NCBI GenBank assembly: GCA_964561945.1 | Contig: CAZLQM010000001.1 | Span: 25,655-89,654 of the forward strand | Direction of reading: 5' to 3' | Length of the DNA: 64,000 bases | DNA from: an uncultured Gammaproteobacteria bacterium | GTDB lineage: Bacteria > Patescibacteriota > Microgenomatia > CAYXHB01 | Shown here: positions 9,538 through 19,499 of the stretch, piece after piece | Layout of the letters: each line of letters begins with the position of its first letter | How positions within the stretch are numbered: position 1 is the stretch's first letter | Position numbers and translations under genes: made by a program | The notes under the pieces: generated by a model | Seen by the model: the letters and a program-made list of their open reading frames with translations, nothing else | What the model was told of the DNA's origin: nothing | The model's database searches: none

Positions 9538-11979
9538 TTAGGATATTACCAATGGTTTGACTTGAATCTTTTTGGTAGGGTGAGGCTGAAAATTTATTAA
9601 GGCAAGAGGCAAGACCTCGTCAAGGTGAGATACGGGGACTATGTCTAGATCTTTCTTGACTTTTAGAGGAATTTCTTCAAGATCCTTGATATTATCTTTG
9701 GGAATTAAAACTCGTTTGATGCCCGCTTTGTGGGCTGCGATTAATTTTTCTTTGAGTCCGCCAATTTCTGTAACCCGACCTCGCAAGGTAATTTCGCCTG
9801 TCATGGCAACTTCTTTGTGGGTTGGCGTATTAGTGAAGGCTGAAGTTAGAGCTGTAGCAATGGCAGCACCCGCAGATGGTCCGTCTTTGGGGACAGCTCC
9901 TTCGGGTACGTGGATATGAACATTGATTTTGCTGGCATCTTTGGAATCAATTCCCCAATCCGGCGATCTCATTCTAATATATGTAAATGCAGCTTTGGCT
10001 GACTCCTGCATAACTTGACCAAGTTGACCTGTCAACAAAAGAGTGCCCTTGCCATTGGGTACAATTCCAACTTCAATGAAAAGGATATCTCCACCAACGG
10101 GCGTATAGGCAAGTCCCGTAGCGATACCGATGCCGTCTTCTGTATCGGCAAGCTGTGAAGAAAACTTAGGCGGTCCAAGGTATTTGCCAAGATCAGATTG
10201 TTTGATTTTGATGGTTGAAGTCTTGGGTTTTTCGGAATACATGCGAGCGATTTTGCGCGATATTTGTGCTATATTCCGCTCGAGCTCCCTAACTCCTGCC
10301 TCGCGAGTATAGCGATTAATAATTTGATGGAGGGCGGAGTCCTCGAGTTTGATTTTCACATCATCTAACCCGTGACGCTCAATTTGTTTGTTAACTAGAT
10401 ATTTTTTGGCAATTTGAAATTTTTCGTCTTCAGTGTAAGAAGAGAATTTGATAATTTCTAAGCGATCACGCAAGGCAGGTGGAATTGTATCAAGCATATT
10501 GGCTGTTGCAATAAACATAACTTGAGAGAGATCAAAAGGAACTTCTAAATAATGATCTGAGAATTCATGGTTTTGTTCTGGGTCAAGGGCTTCGAGCAAT
10601 GCAGCTGAAGGATCGCCACGCATGTCCATGCCCATTTTATCGATTTCATCGAGCATGAAAACAGGATTTTTGGTGCCTGCGGTTTTGATACCTTGAATAA
10701 TTCTACCCGGCAAAGCTCCGACATATGTACGGCGATGACCTCTAATTTCAGCTTCATCACGAACTCCACCTAATGAAACCCGAATAAATTCACGACCTAA
10801 GCTCTTGGCAATTGATTTTCCGATTGAAGTTTTGCCAACTCCTGGAGGACCAACGAAACAAAGAATAGCAGGGATAAAGTTTTCTTTTTTGGATTTGTCC
10901 TTGGACTTTTGTGCGTTTTTACGCATATTCATAACTGCCAAAAACTCAATGATGCGCTCTTTGATTTTGGCTAGTCCGTAGTGATCTTTTTCGAGAATTT
11001 CGATGGCATCTTTGAGAGATTTGTCATCATTAGTTGCTTTGGACCAAGGCATGTCGGTTAACCATTCGAGATAATTGCGGATATAGCCTGACTCCGGATT
11101 ATTAACTGACATATTTGATAAGCGTTTGAGTTCTTTGTCTGCCCTTATTTTGACTTCTTTGGGCATTTGGGCTTTTTTGATTTTCTTCTTGAGCTCAGCG
11201 ATTTCGGGATCTTGATCATCAGCATCAATACCTAGTGTATTTAGCTCGGCATCAATGGTTTTTCTGCGTTCTCTAAGAACTGCTTCACGCATGGATTTGT
11301 TGATACGTTTCTGGGTTTTGGTGGCTATTGATTGCTCAAGCTCGAGAACTTTGACCTCGCGTGTCAAGTGAGCAATGATCAGATTAAGACGTTCTTGGAT
11401 AGATGAAGTCTCGAGAATCTGTTGTTTATCAGGAATGCTGATTTCTAGTGATGAAGCAATTTGATCACAAAGTTCGGTTTCACTGACGCCTGCCATTAGT
11501 CTCATAAAAATACTAAGATCTACACCTTTGCCAAGATTGACAGCTTGTTTGAATAAATTAGTAAGATGCTTGGAAAGAGCGGTAATTTCATCGCCGTGAT
11601 TATCGCTATCTTCAATGGGAGTTATCTGAGCCATCCAAAACTGTCCCTCTGTGTTAACACGGCTAATTGACACACGTTGGATGCCTTTGACTAGAGCATG
11701 GATGACGCCCTCGATGGTGAGGATTTTGTCAATTTGAATTTGGACACCAATACTATAGAGGTCATCTGGTGTGGGATCTGTGACAGCTGAGTCTTTTTGA
11801 GTTACGAGACAGATGGTTTTGCCGAATTGTTCAGCTGCGTTGACGGCTGCGACTGATTTGGATCTGCCAAAGGTAAGCACAGGTTCAGTATGTGGAAAGA
11901 TTACAACGTCCCGAACAGGAACTAAAGGAACTTCTTTGGAAGTAGAAGGGTTGGTTACATCAGGTAACAAAGTAGTCAT
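9538..11979 (-). CDS. lon: ATP-dependent Lon protease, full length
   Basis: LON N-domain, GPPGVGKT, GHRRTYVGA, LDEIDK, catalytic PKDGPSAG and GGLKEK. Confidence 0.97.
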   Translation of the reverse strand: MTTLLPDVTNPSTSKEVPLVPVRDVVIFPHTEPVLTFGRSKSVAAVNAAEQFGKTICLVTQKDSAVTDPTPDDLYSIGVQIQIDKILTIEGVIHALVKGIQRVSISRVNTEGQFWMAQITPIEDSDNHGDEITALSKHLTNLFKQAVNLGKGVDLSIFMRLMAGVSETELCDQIASSLEISIPDKQQILETSSIQERLNLIIAHLTREVKVLELEQSIATKTQKRINKSMREAVLRERRKTIDAELNTLGIDADDQDPEIAELKKKIKKAQMPKEVKIRADKELKRLSNMSVNNPESGYIRNYLEWLTDMPWSKATNDDKSLKDAIEILEKDHYGLAKIKERIIEFLAVMNMRKNAQKSKDKSKKENFIPAILCFVGPPGVGKTSIGKSIAKSLGREFIRVSLGGVRDEAEIRGHRRTYVGALPGRIIQGIKTAGTKNPVFMLDEIDKMGMDMRGDPSAALLEALDPEQNHEFSDHYLEVPFDLSQVMFIATANMLDTIPPALRDRLEIIKFSSYTEDEKFQIAKKYLVNKQIERHGLDDVKIKLEDSALHQIINRYTREAGVRELERNIAQISRKIARMYSEKPKTSTIKIKQSDLGKYLGPPKFSSQLADTEDGIGIATGLAYTPVGGDILFIEVGIVPNGKGTLLLTGQLGQVMQESAKAAFTYIRMRSPDWGIDSKDASKINVHIHVPEGAVPKDGPSAGAAIATALTSAFTNTPTHKEVAMTGEITLRGRVTEIGGLKEKLIAAHKAGIKRVLIPKDNIKDLEEIPLKVKKDLDIVPVSHLDEVLPLALINFQPHPTKKIQVKPLVIS

Positions 11980-11982
11980 ATT

Positions 11983-12016
11983 TTAGCACTCTATCATATG
12001 GGTTGCTAAGAGTCAA
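11983..12016 (-). promoter_or_regulatory. CIRCE (HrcA operator) overlapping the lon promoter
   Basis: Plus strand TTAGCACTC-N9-GGTTGCTAA (11983-12009). Minus strand TTGACT, 17 nt, TAGAGT, then 8 nt to the lon ATG. Confidence 0.85.
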
Positions 12017-12023
12017 CCTGTGT

Positions 12024-12455
12024 TTAGTTAAACAAATATGAATGAACAGCGATTGCAATTGTAGCTCCCATAATGGCACCTATTAAAACATCGTACCATG
12101 TATGGATATGTACCATAATTCGAGAAATCCCAACTATTATTGAAGCAATAATCAGGGTGATCCCAATAATCGAATTGAAATAAAATAAACTTACTGCTGC
12201 GGTCATTGAAGCTGCGGTATGGCCGGATGGGAAACTTTTGTCTGTGGGCGGATCATCCATAAGTGATTTCTTGCCAGATCGAATATATGGTCTGGGTTGG
12301 TTGGTTAATTCCTTGAGGATGATGATGATAAAGGTTGTAATTGATAAGGCTATTAAAGACTTAAGACTGAATTTATACTGACCTAGTAATCCAATAAGAA
12401 TTATTGGAGCAATAAGGAAGGAAATAAGGTATTTGGCGACAAATTCTATGAGCAT
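12024..12455 (-). CDS. PAP2-family (undecaprenyl-PP-type) phosphatase
   Basis: KELTNQPRP, SFPSGH and SRIMVHIHTWYD are the three PAP2 motifs. Confidence 0.88.
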   Translation of the reverse strand: MLIEFVAKYLISFLIAPIILIGLLGQYKFSLKSLIALSITTFIIIILKELTNQPRPYIRSGKKSLMDDPPTDKSFPSGHTAASMTAAVSLFYFNSIIGITLIIASIIVGISRIMVHIHTWYDVLIGAIMGATIAIAVHSYLFN

Positions 12456-12554
12456 TGATTGATTATAAACTAAGAAAATAATTTAGATTAGTGTGTACAT
12501 CGAGCAAATTATTTATTTGTATTGCGTGTATACAAATGCTACGATGTTGGGTAC

Positions 12555-13121
12555 ATGAGCAATAGCTTATTAGCGGATGCCACGACGATAACGGGACTAA
12601 GTGACACGGGTCAAAGTGGTCTGGATACGGTAGGCACGTCCTGGGTGGGATTAGCAATGGCATTGATAATTTGTTTGGTTCTTTTGGTAGCAGCGATATT
12701 ACTAATACCCAGATTCTTCGATAAAATGCTAAACATTGGACCGATAATGGGAATAGTAGCTTTGGTCGGAGCCGGAATAGCTTTTCCATATGCTGTTAAT
12801 TTAGCGCTGACCCCAACTCGAACATCCACAAGTGCTTCAGCTGATATAAACGTTGGAGATATAGAGTTCTTGCCAACAACCAATGGAATGCTAACTATCA
12901 GATGGACTACTAATAAAGCCGCCTTGTCGGCTGTCAGATATGGAATTAAAGAAACGGTCCTTGATAAAGCTGCTTTTCCAGAAGATCCAGGAACCAAGAA
13001 AACGAATCATGAAGCTGTGATAGTTGGCTTGGAGTCAGGGAAAAAATATTATTTTGAAATAATTATTGGAGAGAAGAGGTTTAACAAAGATGGTAAGCCC
13101 TTGGAATACTTGATGCCTTAG
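12555..13121 (+). CDS. Membrane protein with C-terminal FN3/purple-acid-phosphatase-N-like domain
   Basis: Two TM helices, then TIRWTT...VRYG...HEAVIVGLESGKKYYFEI. Start at 12555 follows TTGTAT, 17 nt, TACGAT. Confidence 0.7.
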   Translation: MSNSLLADATTITGLSDTGQSGLDTVGTSWVGLAMALIICLVLLVAAILLIPRFFDKMLNIGPIMGIVALVGAGIAFPYAVNLALTPTRTSTSASADINVGDIEFLPTTNGMLTIRWTTNKAALSAVRYGIKETVLDKAAFPEDPGTKKTNHEAVIVGLESGKKYYFEIIIGEKRFNKDGKPLEYLMP

Positions 13122-13136
13122 AATGAAACATGGGAA

Positions 13137-14588
13137 TTATGATTCAGGTCTGAGTGTGGGGAAAAGGATGACATCTTTGATCGTGGGTTGATCGGTCATA
13201 AATGCAACTACCCTATCGATGCCCATGCCCCAACCTGCAGTTGGTGGCATGCCATACTCGAGAGCTCTTATGTAATCTAAGTCGGTTTCTTGGTATTCTT
13301 CAGCCCCTGAGTCTTTGGCTTGAGACTCCTCTGTCCAGCGCGAGGCTTGGTCAATAGGATCATTCAGTTCGTTATAAGCTTTGAGATATTCATGCCCTGC
13401 AATTAATAATTGAAAGCTTGACACCTTGGTTGGATCGTCTTCTTTACGTTTGGCTAGGGGTAACATTTGAGTAGGATAGTCTGTTAAAAATATTGGTCCG
13501 TCTAGTTGAGGTCTAATATGATGTTTGTATAATTCATCCAAAATTTTGCCATAACCTGCAAGAGGGACATTAGCGGGAAGTAAGTTATTTTGAGTTACGA
13601 ATTCTATAAGTTGGCTTTCGGTATTTATTAGGTCAATGTCTAATTTTAGGTGGTCTAGAAGTAAGCTATGGAAAGTGACTCTAGGCCAATTAACACTAAA
13701 GTCATAAACCCTACCTTGATATGTGATTTCTAGACTGTTAAAAACTGATTTGAGGATGTACCGCCACAAATCTTGCGTAAAATCCATCAGCATATTGTAG
13801 TCAGCATAAGCCCAGTAAAATTCGACTTGGGTAAATTCAGGGTTGTGTTCTTTGCTCATCCCTTCGTTACGAAAATCTTTAGCAACTTCGTAAACTTTTT
13901 CAAAACCTCCAACGATTAATCTTTTGAGATATAATTCATTGGAAATACGCAAGAAAAGATCACTATCTAGAGCATTGTGATGTGTCAAAAAGGGCTTGGC
14001 GGTAGCACCACCATAGATTGGTTGCAACACTGGTGTCTCAACTTCAAGGAAACCATTGTCGTCGAGAAATTTCCTGATGGCTGTTAGAATCTTAGATCTG
14101 ATGACAAAAACCCTCTTTACTTCTGGATTAACGATTAAGTCTACATATCTTTGGCGATATCGTTCTTCAACATCGGTTAAGCCGTGCCACTTTTCAGGTA
14201 ATGGTCGAATTGACTTAGAGAGCAATTGAAGCCTATTTACGAAAAGTGAAATTTCTCCTGATTGGGAAGAAGATATTTCTCCGGTGGTGAGAACAAAATC
14301 TCCGACATCTAAGTTTTCGACAATTTTCCAGTTGTCACTACTGATAAGATCAGCTTTGAACATCAATTGGATCTGTCCTGATGTGTCAACAAGGTCGGCA
14401 AAAATTAATTTACCATGTCCACGTTTGGCGATTATTCGGCCTGCAATCGTTTGGGTAGTAGAAAGTGTTTTAGCTGATTCAATTAAGGTTCTTTCGCCTG
14501 AATACTGAGGATAAGAATTAATGTTTTGGGACGTGAGGTTTTGGATTTTTTTAAGTCTGTCTTGGCGAATATCGTCGAGTCGTGACAT
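13137..14588 (-). CDS. lysS: Lysyl-tRNA synthetase (class II)
   Basis: RYRQRYVDL, FRNEG, HNPEFT, YGMPPTAGWGMGIDR. Confidence 0.98.
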   Translation of the reverse strand: MSRLDDIRQDRLKKIQNLTSQNINSYPQYSGERTLIESAKTLSTTQTIAGRIIAKRGHGKLIFADLVDTSGQIQLMFKADLISSDNWKIVENLDVGDFVLTTGEISSSQSGEISLFVNRLQLLSKSIRPLPEKWHGLTDVEERYRQRYVDLIVNPEVKRVFVIRSKILTAIRKFLDDNGFLEVETPVLQPIYGGATAKPFLTHHNALDSDLFLRISNELYLKRLIVGGFEKVYEVAKDFRNEGMSKEHNPEFTQVEFYWAYADYNMLMDFTQDLWRYILKSVFNSLEITYQGRVYDFSVNWPRVTFHSLLLDHLKLDIDLINTESQLIEFVTQNNLLPANVPLAGYGKILDELYKHHIRPQLDGPIFLTDYPTQMLPLAKRKEDDPTKVSSFQLLIAGHEYLKAYNELNDPIDQASRWTEESQAKDSGAEEYQETDLDYIRALEYGMPPTAGWGMGIDRVVAFMTDQPTIKDVILFPTLRPES

Positions 14589-14653
14589 ATGAACGTATTG
14601 TATCAGAAAAGTAGATATCGATGAGAAATCACGCGCGGAAAAACTGAATAAAA

Positions 14654-15121
14654 CTACTCGACGGAAACTATCTGGTACTCAACCATTCCAGATGGAGCTT
14701 TTACTTGGGCTACATCGCCAATTTTTTTGCCTCCGATGGCTGCGCCTATTGGAGAAGATAGAGATATTTTGTTTTGCTTAGGATCGGCTTCCATGTCTCC
14801 AACTATGTTATAGATAATTTCATTTTTTTTGTTGGCTATTTTGAGAATTACCTTACTGCCAATGCCAATAGAATCTCCAGATTTAGTATGAACAACTTGA
14901 GCATTAGAAAGAACTTCTTCTAGCTCAGAAATTCTGTCGTCCATAAATGCCAGTTCTTCTCTGGCTGAAATATAATCACTATTTTCGGAAAGATCGCCTT
15001 GTTCACGGGCATGCGACAAACGATCAACCAACTTGGGTCGCTTGACTTCTTTGAGCGTATTGAGCTCTGCTTGGAGATCATTTATGCCATTGACGGTTAA
15101 ATGGACTTTTTTGGGTTTCAT
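14654..15121 (-). CDS. greA: Transcription elongation factor GreA
   Basis: AREQGDLSENSDY, ISLSSPIG. Confidence 0.96.
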   Translation of the reverse strand: MKPKKVHLTVNGINDLQAELNTLKEVKRPKLVDRLSHAREQGDLSENSDYISAREELAFMDDRISELEEVLSNAQVVHTKSGDSIGIGSKVILKIANKKNEIIYNIVGDMEADPKQNKISLSSPIGAAIGGKKIGDVAQVKAPSGMVEYQIVSVE

Positions 15122-15141
15122 AAATATTGAATTAGGTTAAC

Positions 15142-15170
15142 ACTCTATACTGAGGTATTTTTTTTGTCAA
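15142..15170 (-). promoter_or_regulatory. greA promoter
   Basis: Minus strand TTGACA (15170-15165), 17 nt, TAGAGT (15147-15142). Confidence 0.65.
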
Positions 15171-15329
15171 ATGTATATCTGATATTAATACTTTAGGTTG
15201 ATAATATTGATAAATTTTGCACGACTATAAATAAAAAGTCTGTCTCGATAATTAGCAATATTATGTCCGAAGTAGAATTAAAATACCTTGAGAGCCGATA
15301 TAGTATCAGAGAGTTGTATAAAAAGCAAA

Positions 15330-15734
15330 TTACAACCAATATGCATAAATCCCACTCATAATTATGAACGACAACAAATAGTAAACAGAGTCAATTATGA
15401 ACAGTTTCTTGGGTCTATTGGCGAACAAAGTCGTAGTGAGCATCGTGGTGGCAACAAACCCAAACCAACACATAGCTCCGACTGTGATTGATTGCATGAA
15501 AGTATAAGGATTAACAGCAGCTATTACCTGAGACAACACATAGGCAATTACCAAGGCATTGAGCATAGCAATAGCGTAGTTGCTGTTAGATGCATTTGTT
15601 TTTTCTAAATTTTCACTAGGGCGTGCAACGAGGTTAAGCCAAGTTTTTTGCCAAAGTCGATACCAAATTGCGCCAAGGCCCATGTGAACTATCCCTGCAA
15701 CAAGAACCGCAAGCATATTAATTGAATAATTCAT
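15330..15734 (-). CDS. DUF1761-family membrane protein
   Basis: INMLAVLVAGIVHMGLGAIWY...W, four TM helices, KLFIIDSVYYL. ATG at 15734. Confidence 0.75.
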   Translation of the reverse strand: MNYSINMLAVLVAGIVHMGLGAIWYRLWQKTWLNLVARPSENLEKTNASNSNYAIAMLNALVIAYVLSQVIAAVNPYTFMQSITVGAMCWFGFVATTMLTTTLFANRPKKLFIIDSVYYLLSFIIMSGIYAYWL

Positions 15735-15811
15735 AATTAATTGCGCCAAGGCCCATGTGAACTATCCCTGCAACAAGAACCGCAAGCATATTAATTGAAT
15801 AATTCATAATT
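15666..15811. repeat. Exact 73-bp tandem duplication covering the DUF1761 start codon
   Basis: The unit aattgcgccaagg...aattcataatt occurs at 15666-15738 and 15739-15811. Confidence 0.95.
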
Positions 15812-15836
15812 TAATTTAACAAATAAATAGTTGGAA

Positions 15837-16619
15837 TCAAAATTTGGAAATCAATTGGCTAGTACGTAGTACGAAGTTAATTAAGTAATGAGTGATTGTT
15901 CCGTGGTAGCGTTTACTACCAGGAATAAGCCTTTTCCAAGCGTGAGGGTTTGGTTGGCTGCTAGCACCATGATGATGAATGATCTCTGTCCTGGGATCAT
16001 AGATTATTTGGTAATTATTTTGTTTTAGACGTCGACAAAATTCCAAATCTTCAAAATACATAAAATAATCTGAATTTAGTTTGCCTATTTTTTGAAAGAC
16101 AGATCTGGGAATACACATACACGCCATCACAGCGGCTTCAACAGGGGTAGCTGTTGCGACTGAAGGTGCATATTTGGCGAAAGTAAAAGGTTGATGCAAC
16201 CAGTATTCCTTTATTGCTCCAGTTAGGGTTGGTAGTGGAAAAACGGAAGCTTGGATTGTACGGTCAGGATTGAGTAACTTAGGGACCGTGGCCCCAACTT
16301 GAGAGTTGGTAAAGTGCGAAGTTAAAGAATTAGAAATAGGCGTAAAAAGCTCAGTATCCGAATTAAGAAGAATAATGAATTCTGACTGAGATTGATCAAT
16401 TGCCAGATTGTTAGCCTTAGCAAAGCCAAGATTTTGGTCACAGGCAATAACTTGTGTGTGGGGGAATTTCTGTCTTATGCTAGCAACTGAGTCGTCCTGA
16501 GAACTATTATCTACAACGATAACTTTGCAATCAGTTTCATATTTATAAATTGAAGCAAGACAATCTAGCGTTAACTGTTGGGTATTGAAAGATGGAATAA
16601 TAAAAGTAACTTGAGCCAT
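15837..16619 (-). CDS. GT2 glycosyltransferase (WbbL-like)
   Basis: VVDNSSQD, NLGFAKANN, LLNSD, YFMYFEDLEFC. Confidence 0.88.
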   Translation of the reverse strand: MAQVTFIIPSFNTQQLTLDCLASIYKYETDCKVIVVDNSSQDDSVASIRQKFPHTQVIACDQNLGFAKANNLAIDQSQSEFIILLNSDTELFTPISNSLTSHFTNSQVGATVPKLLNPDRTIQASVFPLPTLTGAIKEYWLHQPFTFAKYAPSVATATPVEAAVMACMCIPRSVFQKIGKLNSDYFMYFEDLEFCRRLKQNNYQIIYDPRTEIIHHHGASSQPNPHAWKRLIPGSKRYHGTITHYLINFVLRTSQLISKF

Positions 16620-16667
16620 TGGATATTTGTGTGACAGGCGATATGTATATTATAGTAAAAATTGTAT

Positions 16668-17606
16668 ATGAGTGCTTTGATGATATCTGAGCAATTAAGA
16701 GGTGGAATTAGAAGCGAAGTAGATTTGTCGGGCAGAAGTAATAAGATTGACTCGCGTCCAATTGGGTCTTTGAGTCCTGTAGAGAAATGGCAGCGACTGG
16801 ATGAGGAAAAATTGGCTGATGTGAATGAAATAAGTGTGGCGCCTTCGAAATTTCCTTATGCCAAAGAACTGGGTCTTATGCTAGTTCCTCGATTTAAGGG
16901 CGAGCATCCACCGCGAGATGTGCGAGAAATTGAAAGAAAATGGGGCCTAAAAACCCTTCAGCATTTAAATAGAGGCGTAAATAACTTTATGAAAGAAAAA
17001 AGGGAAACTGATCAAGTCATATACGGTGTGAACGGAGGTCCGTTTAGATCAATTAGAGAACTAATTCATATTCAAGTAGCTGGTATAAAATCTCCAGAAT
17101 GGAATTATCTTGATGAGGAGTCCCTTGACGCATTTAAATTCGGGGTCAGAGGCTTGATTACAAATAATGTTGTGGGAAAAGAAATTACAGCTATCGTCGG
17201 AGAAAAAATTACAAATCTTTTCCCTAATTTTTTGTCCAGAGAAAGTTTACAAATCCGACCTTGTGGATCTGCATATTTTGATTTGAAGAACCATCTAAGT
17301 GAGGAAACAGATTTCTGCAAAGATCAGTTTGAAGTTTGGAAAACAGCAGATGCTATGATCCGAGAGGAATTTAACAAAAGAGACGTGGGATTGGAATACA
17401 GATGTCATGCCATTAGTTTTGGTCAGGAACAGGGAATTTGTAATGCGACCATGACAATTCACGCTGCCATTGCTTTTGGTAAAACAAATGGAGGAATCAT
17501 GGAAAGTAATAGGCTAATATTGTCTAGCCGGACAGAAAAATTAACTGAAGAGCAGAACGAGTTGTATTTTGCAACTGGAGATGAATTTGCACAAATGATG
17601 AATTAA
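16668..17606 (+). CDS. Hypothetical protein with a degenerate HIT/GalT-like fold
   Basis: Long ORF. SKFPYAKELGLMLVP and YGVNGGPFRSIRELIHIQV resemble HIT-family segments. Confidence 0.5.
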   Translation: MSALMISEQLRGGIRSEVDLSGRSNKIDSRPIGSLSPVEKWQRLDEEKLADVNEISVAPSKFPYAKELGLMLVPRFKGEHPPRDVREIERKWGLKTLQHLNRGVNNFMKEKRETDQVIYGVNGGPFRSIRELIHIQVAGIKSPEWNYLDEESLDAFKFGVRGLITNNVVGKEITAIVGEKITNLFPNFLSRESLQIRPCGSAYFDLKNHLSEETDFCKDQFEVWKTADAMIREEFNKRDVGLEYRCHAISFGQEQGICNATMTIHAAIAFGKTNGGIMESNRLILSSRTEKLTEEQNELYFATGDEFAQMMN

Positions 17607-18412
17607 TGATTTATTTTTCTTTTAAGTGCAAAGAATATGATTTTAGAATATCGTGGGTGTTTAATTAATCGAAGGAAAAGGAAAAAAATATGTATTGGCC
17701 ATTGTTGAAATGTTAAGAATTTCCAAGTGAATAGTAAGTGATTACGTTCTTGAATTTTAATTTTGTAAGTTTTATCTACGTATACCCCAATTGTTTTTTC
17801 GTGTTCATGTTGGACATGAGCATTGGGATTCCATAGATTTATCCAACCTAGTTTACTGGCCCGCATACAAATATCAATGTCTTCCCAATAAAATGGATCA
17901 TAAATAGAATCCAAACCTTGTAGCTGGTCCCAATATTTTTTGCGGAATGCCCCCGACCCTCCCGATACCCACATAGTTTGAGTAATTACTTTGGGTCTAG
18001 GAATCATAGGGTTGTGAGTAATATAACCTTGTGAAAAGCTAGCTACTGTGGGACCAAACTGAGGCTCAGAAAGAGAAACTGCAAAAATTGATGGGTCAGA
18101 AAAATCAGTATCGAGAAAGTGAAGGATATCTAAAGATGGGATAGCATCGAGATTTAATAAAATCACAATATCTGATGTAGCTAAAGCAACTCCTCTATTT
18201 ACAGTAGTACCAAACCCAAAATTCTTTTCGTTACGTCTAACAATTACATCGGGGAAATAATTCTTTATGTATTGATAATCATTTTGTGGTGAATGGTCAT
18301 CGATAATGATAAATTCATTGACTGGTAATTTAAGAATTTGAGGGAGATTTGTTTTGAGATGGTCCAGACCGTTCCAAGTAGGAATTACAACAGAATATGT
18401 AAATTTAGTCAT
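17603..18412 (-). CDS. GT2 glycosyltransferase
   Basis: VVIPTWNG, IIDDHS, NFGFGTTVN, LLNLD, YWEDID. Confidence 0.88.
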   Translation of the reverse strand: MTKFTYSVVIPTWNGLDHLKTNLPQILKLPVNEFIIIDDHSPQNDYQYIKNYFPDVIVRRNEKNFGFGTTVNRGVALATSDIVILLNLDAIPSLDILHFLDTDFSDPSIFAVSLSEPQFGPTVASFSQGYITHNPMIPRPKVITQTMWVSGGSGAFRKKYWDQLQGLDSIYDPFYWEDIDICMRASKLGWINLWNPNAHVQHEHEKTIGVYVDKTYKIKIQERNHLLFTWKFLTFQQWPIHIFFLFLRLIKHPRYSKIIFFALKRKINH

Positions 18413-18413
18413 A

Positions 18414-19478
18414 TTAAAGATTAGGAATAATTGTTTTGAAAGAATTGATAAATACTTGTTTTGAAAAATCTTGGGATCTTAATATAGCAGCTTTAGAAAG
18501 CATTTTTTGTTTGGGAGAATTTGATATTAATTTATGAGTTTGCCCAACCAATTCATCGATCGATGTAATTAAATAACCTGATTTATTAGTAATTATTTCT
18601 TTGAAACCTCCTTTATTAATAACCAAAGGAATACAACCTGCAGACATAGCTTCGACCAATGACATTCCAAAATGTTCACACTTTTCAGGATTCAATTCTT
18701 CATCTACATCAACACCAGCAAGTGACCAATAAAACCGCGACTGTTGATATAGTCGCTTGATTTGATCAAAGGAGGGGTTTAAGTGTATGTCAATTGGAAA
18801 TTCTTTGATATTTGAGTTGATTTCTTTAATTAAAGTATCTGAACCGACTTCCGTACTGCCAGCCAATACAAGTCGATAGTCTTTGATTCCCCCACTGTAC
18901 AACTTCTTAAATGCTTTGATTAATTGAACATGCCCTTTGTTTTGAAGAAGGGTGGAAAATCTGCCAACATATAATATCTGGTTTGTTTTTGAAATTGTTT
19001 GTGCGGTGAAATTATTAATTGGAGGATAAATAACTTGAGATTCGATATTAAATTCATGGTCTACAAATTTCTTGGTAAACTTGGAGTTAGAGATGAAATG
19101 ATGAATATATTTTTTTTTGAGGACGTTGACAATATTGTCGCCAGAGATATTATGAAATGGTACTTGAAAATGAATAATGTTAATTTTGCTTCCTACAAGC
19201 CAAGGAAGACTGCCGTCTGAAACAGAAAAGACTACATCATATTTTTTAAGATTGGAGTATCTATTGATCAAGGAGTCGTAGAAAAATGAAGGAACTAATT
19301 TAAATGGTGCAAGATTTAGTGAAAATTTATTACTTGCTTGAGTTCGGAGATTCTCTTGTTCATGCCATGCCAAGTCAATTTGATTACCTGATTTTTGCAT
19401 TGCTTCAATTAGGGTAAGGACGTAGAGTTCTCCACCGCCTAGCGAATCAAAATAAGGACTGTGAAACAATGCACGCAT
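18414..19478 (-). CDS. GT4 (GT-B) glycosyltransferase
   Basis: GGGE, NSKFT, VIYPP, YVGRF, EHFGMSLVEAMSAG. Confidence 0.9.
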   Translation of the reverse strand: MRALFHSPYFDSLGGGELYVLTLIEAMQKSGNQIDLAWHEQENLRTQASNKFSLNLAPFKLVPSFFYDSLINRYSNLKKYDVVFSVSDGSLPWLVGSKINIIHFQVPFHNISGDNIVNVLKKKYIHHFISNSKFTKKFVDHEFNIESQVIYPPINNFTAQTISKTNQILYVGRFSTLLQNKGHVQLIKAFKKLYSGGIKDYRLVLAGSTEVGSDTLIKEINSNIKEFPIDIHLNPSFDQIKRLYQQSRFYWSLAGVDVDEELNPEKCEHFGMSLVEAMSAGCIPLVINKGGFKEIITNKSGYLITSIDELVGQTHKLISNSPKQKMLSKAAILRSQDFSKQVFINSFKTIIPNL

Positions 19479-19499
19479 AAGGTTATGTTACCAGAAACT

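Noticed and set aside
15241-15275. Imperfect inverted repeat resembling a Xer site or CIRCE half-site
   Set aside because: Spacer length and the second arm fit neither consensus.
16633-16660. dif-like string gacaggcgata-TGTATA-ttatagtaaaa
   Set aside because: The XerC arm lacks the ATAA end and the XerD arm is imperfect. Overlapping -10 boxes of divergent promoters explain it better.
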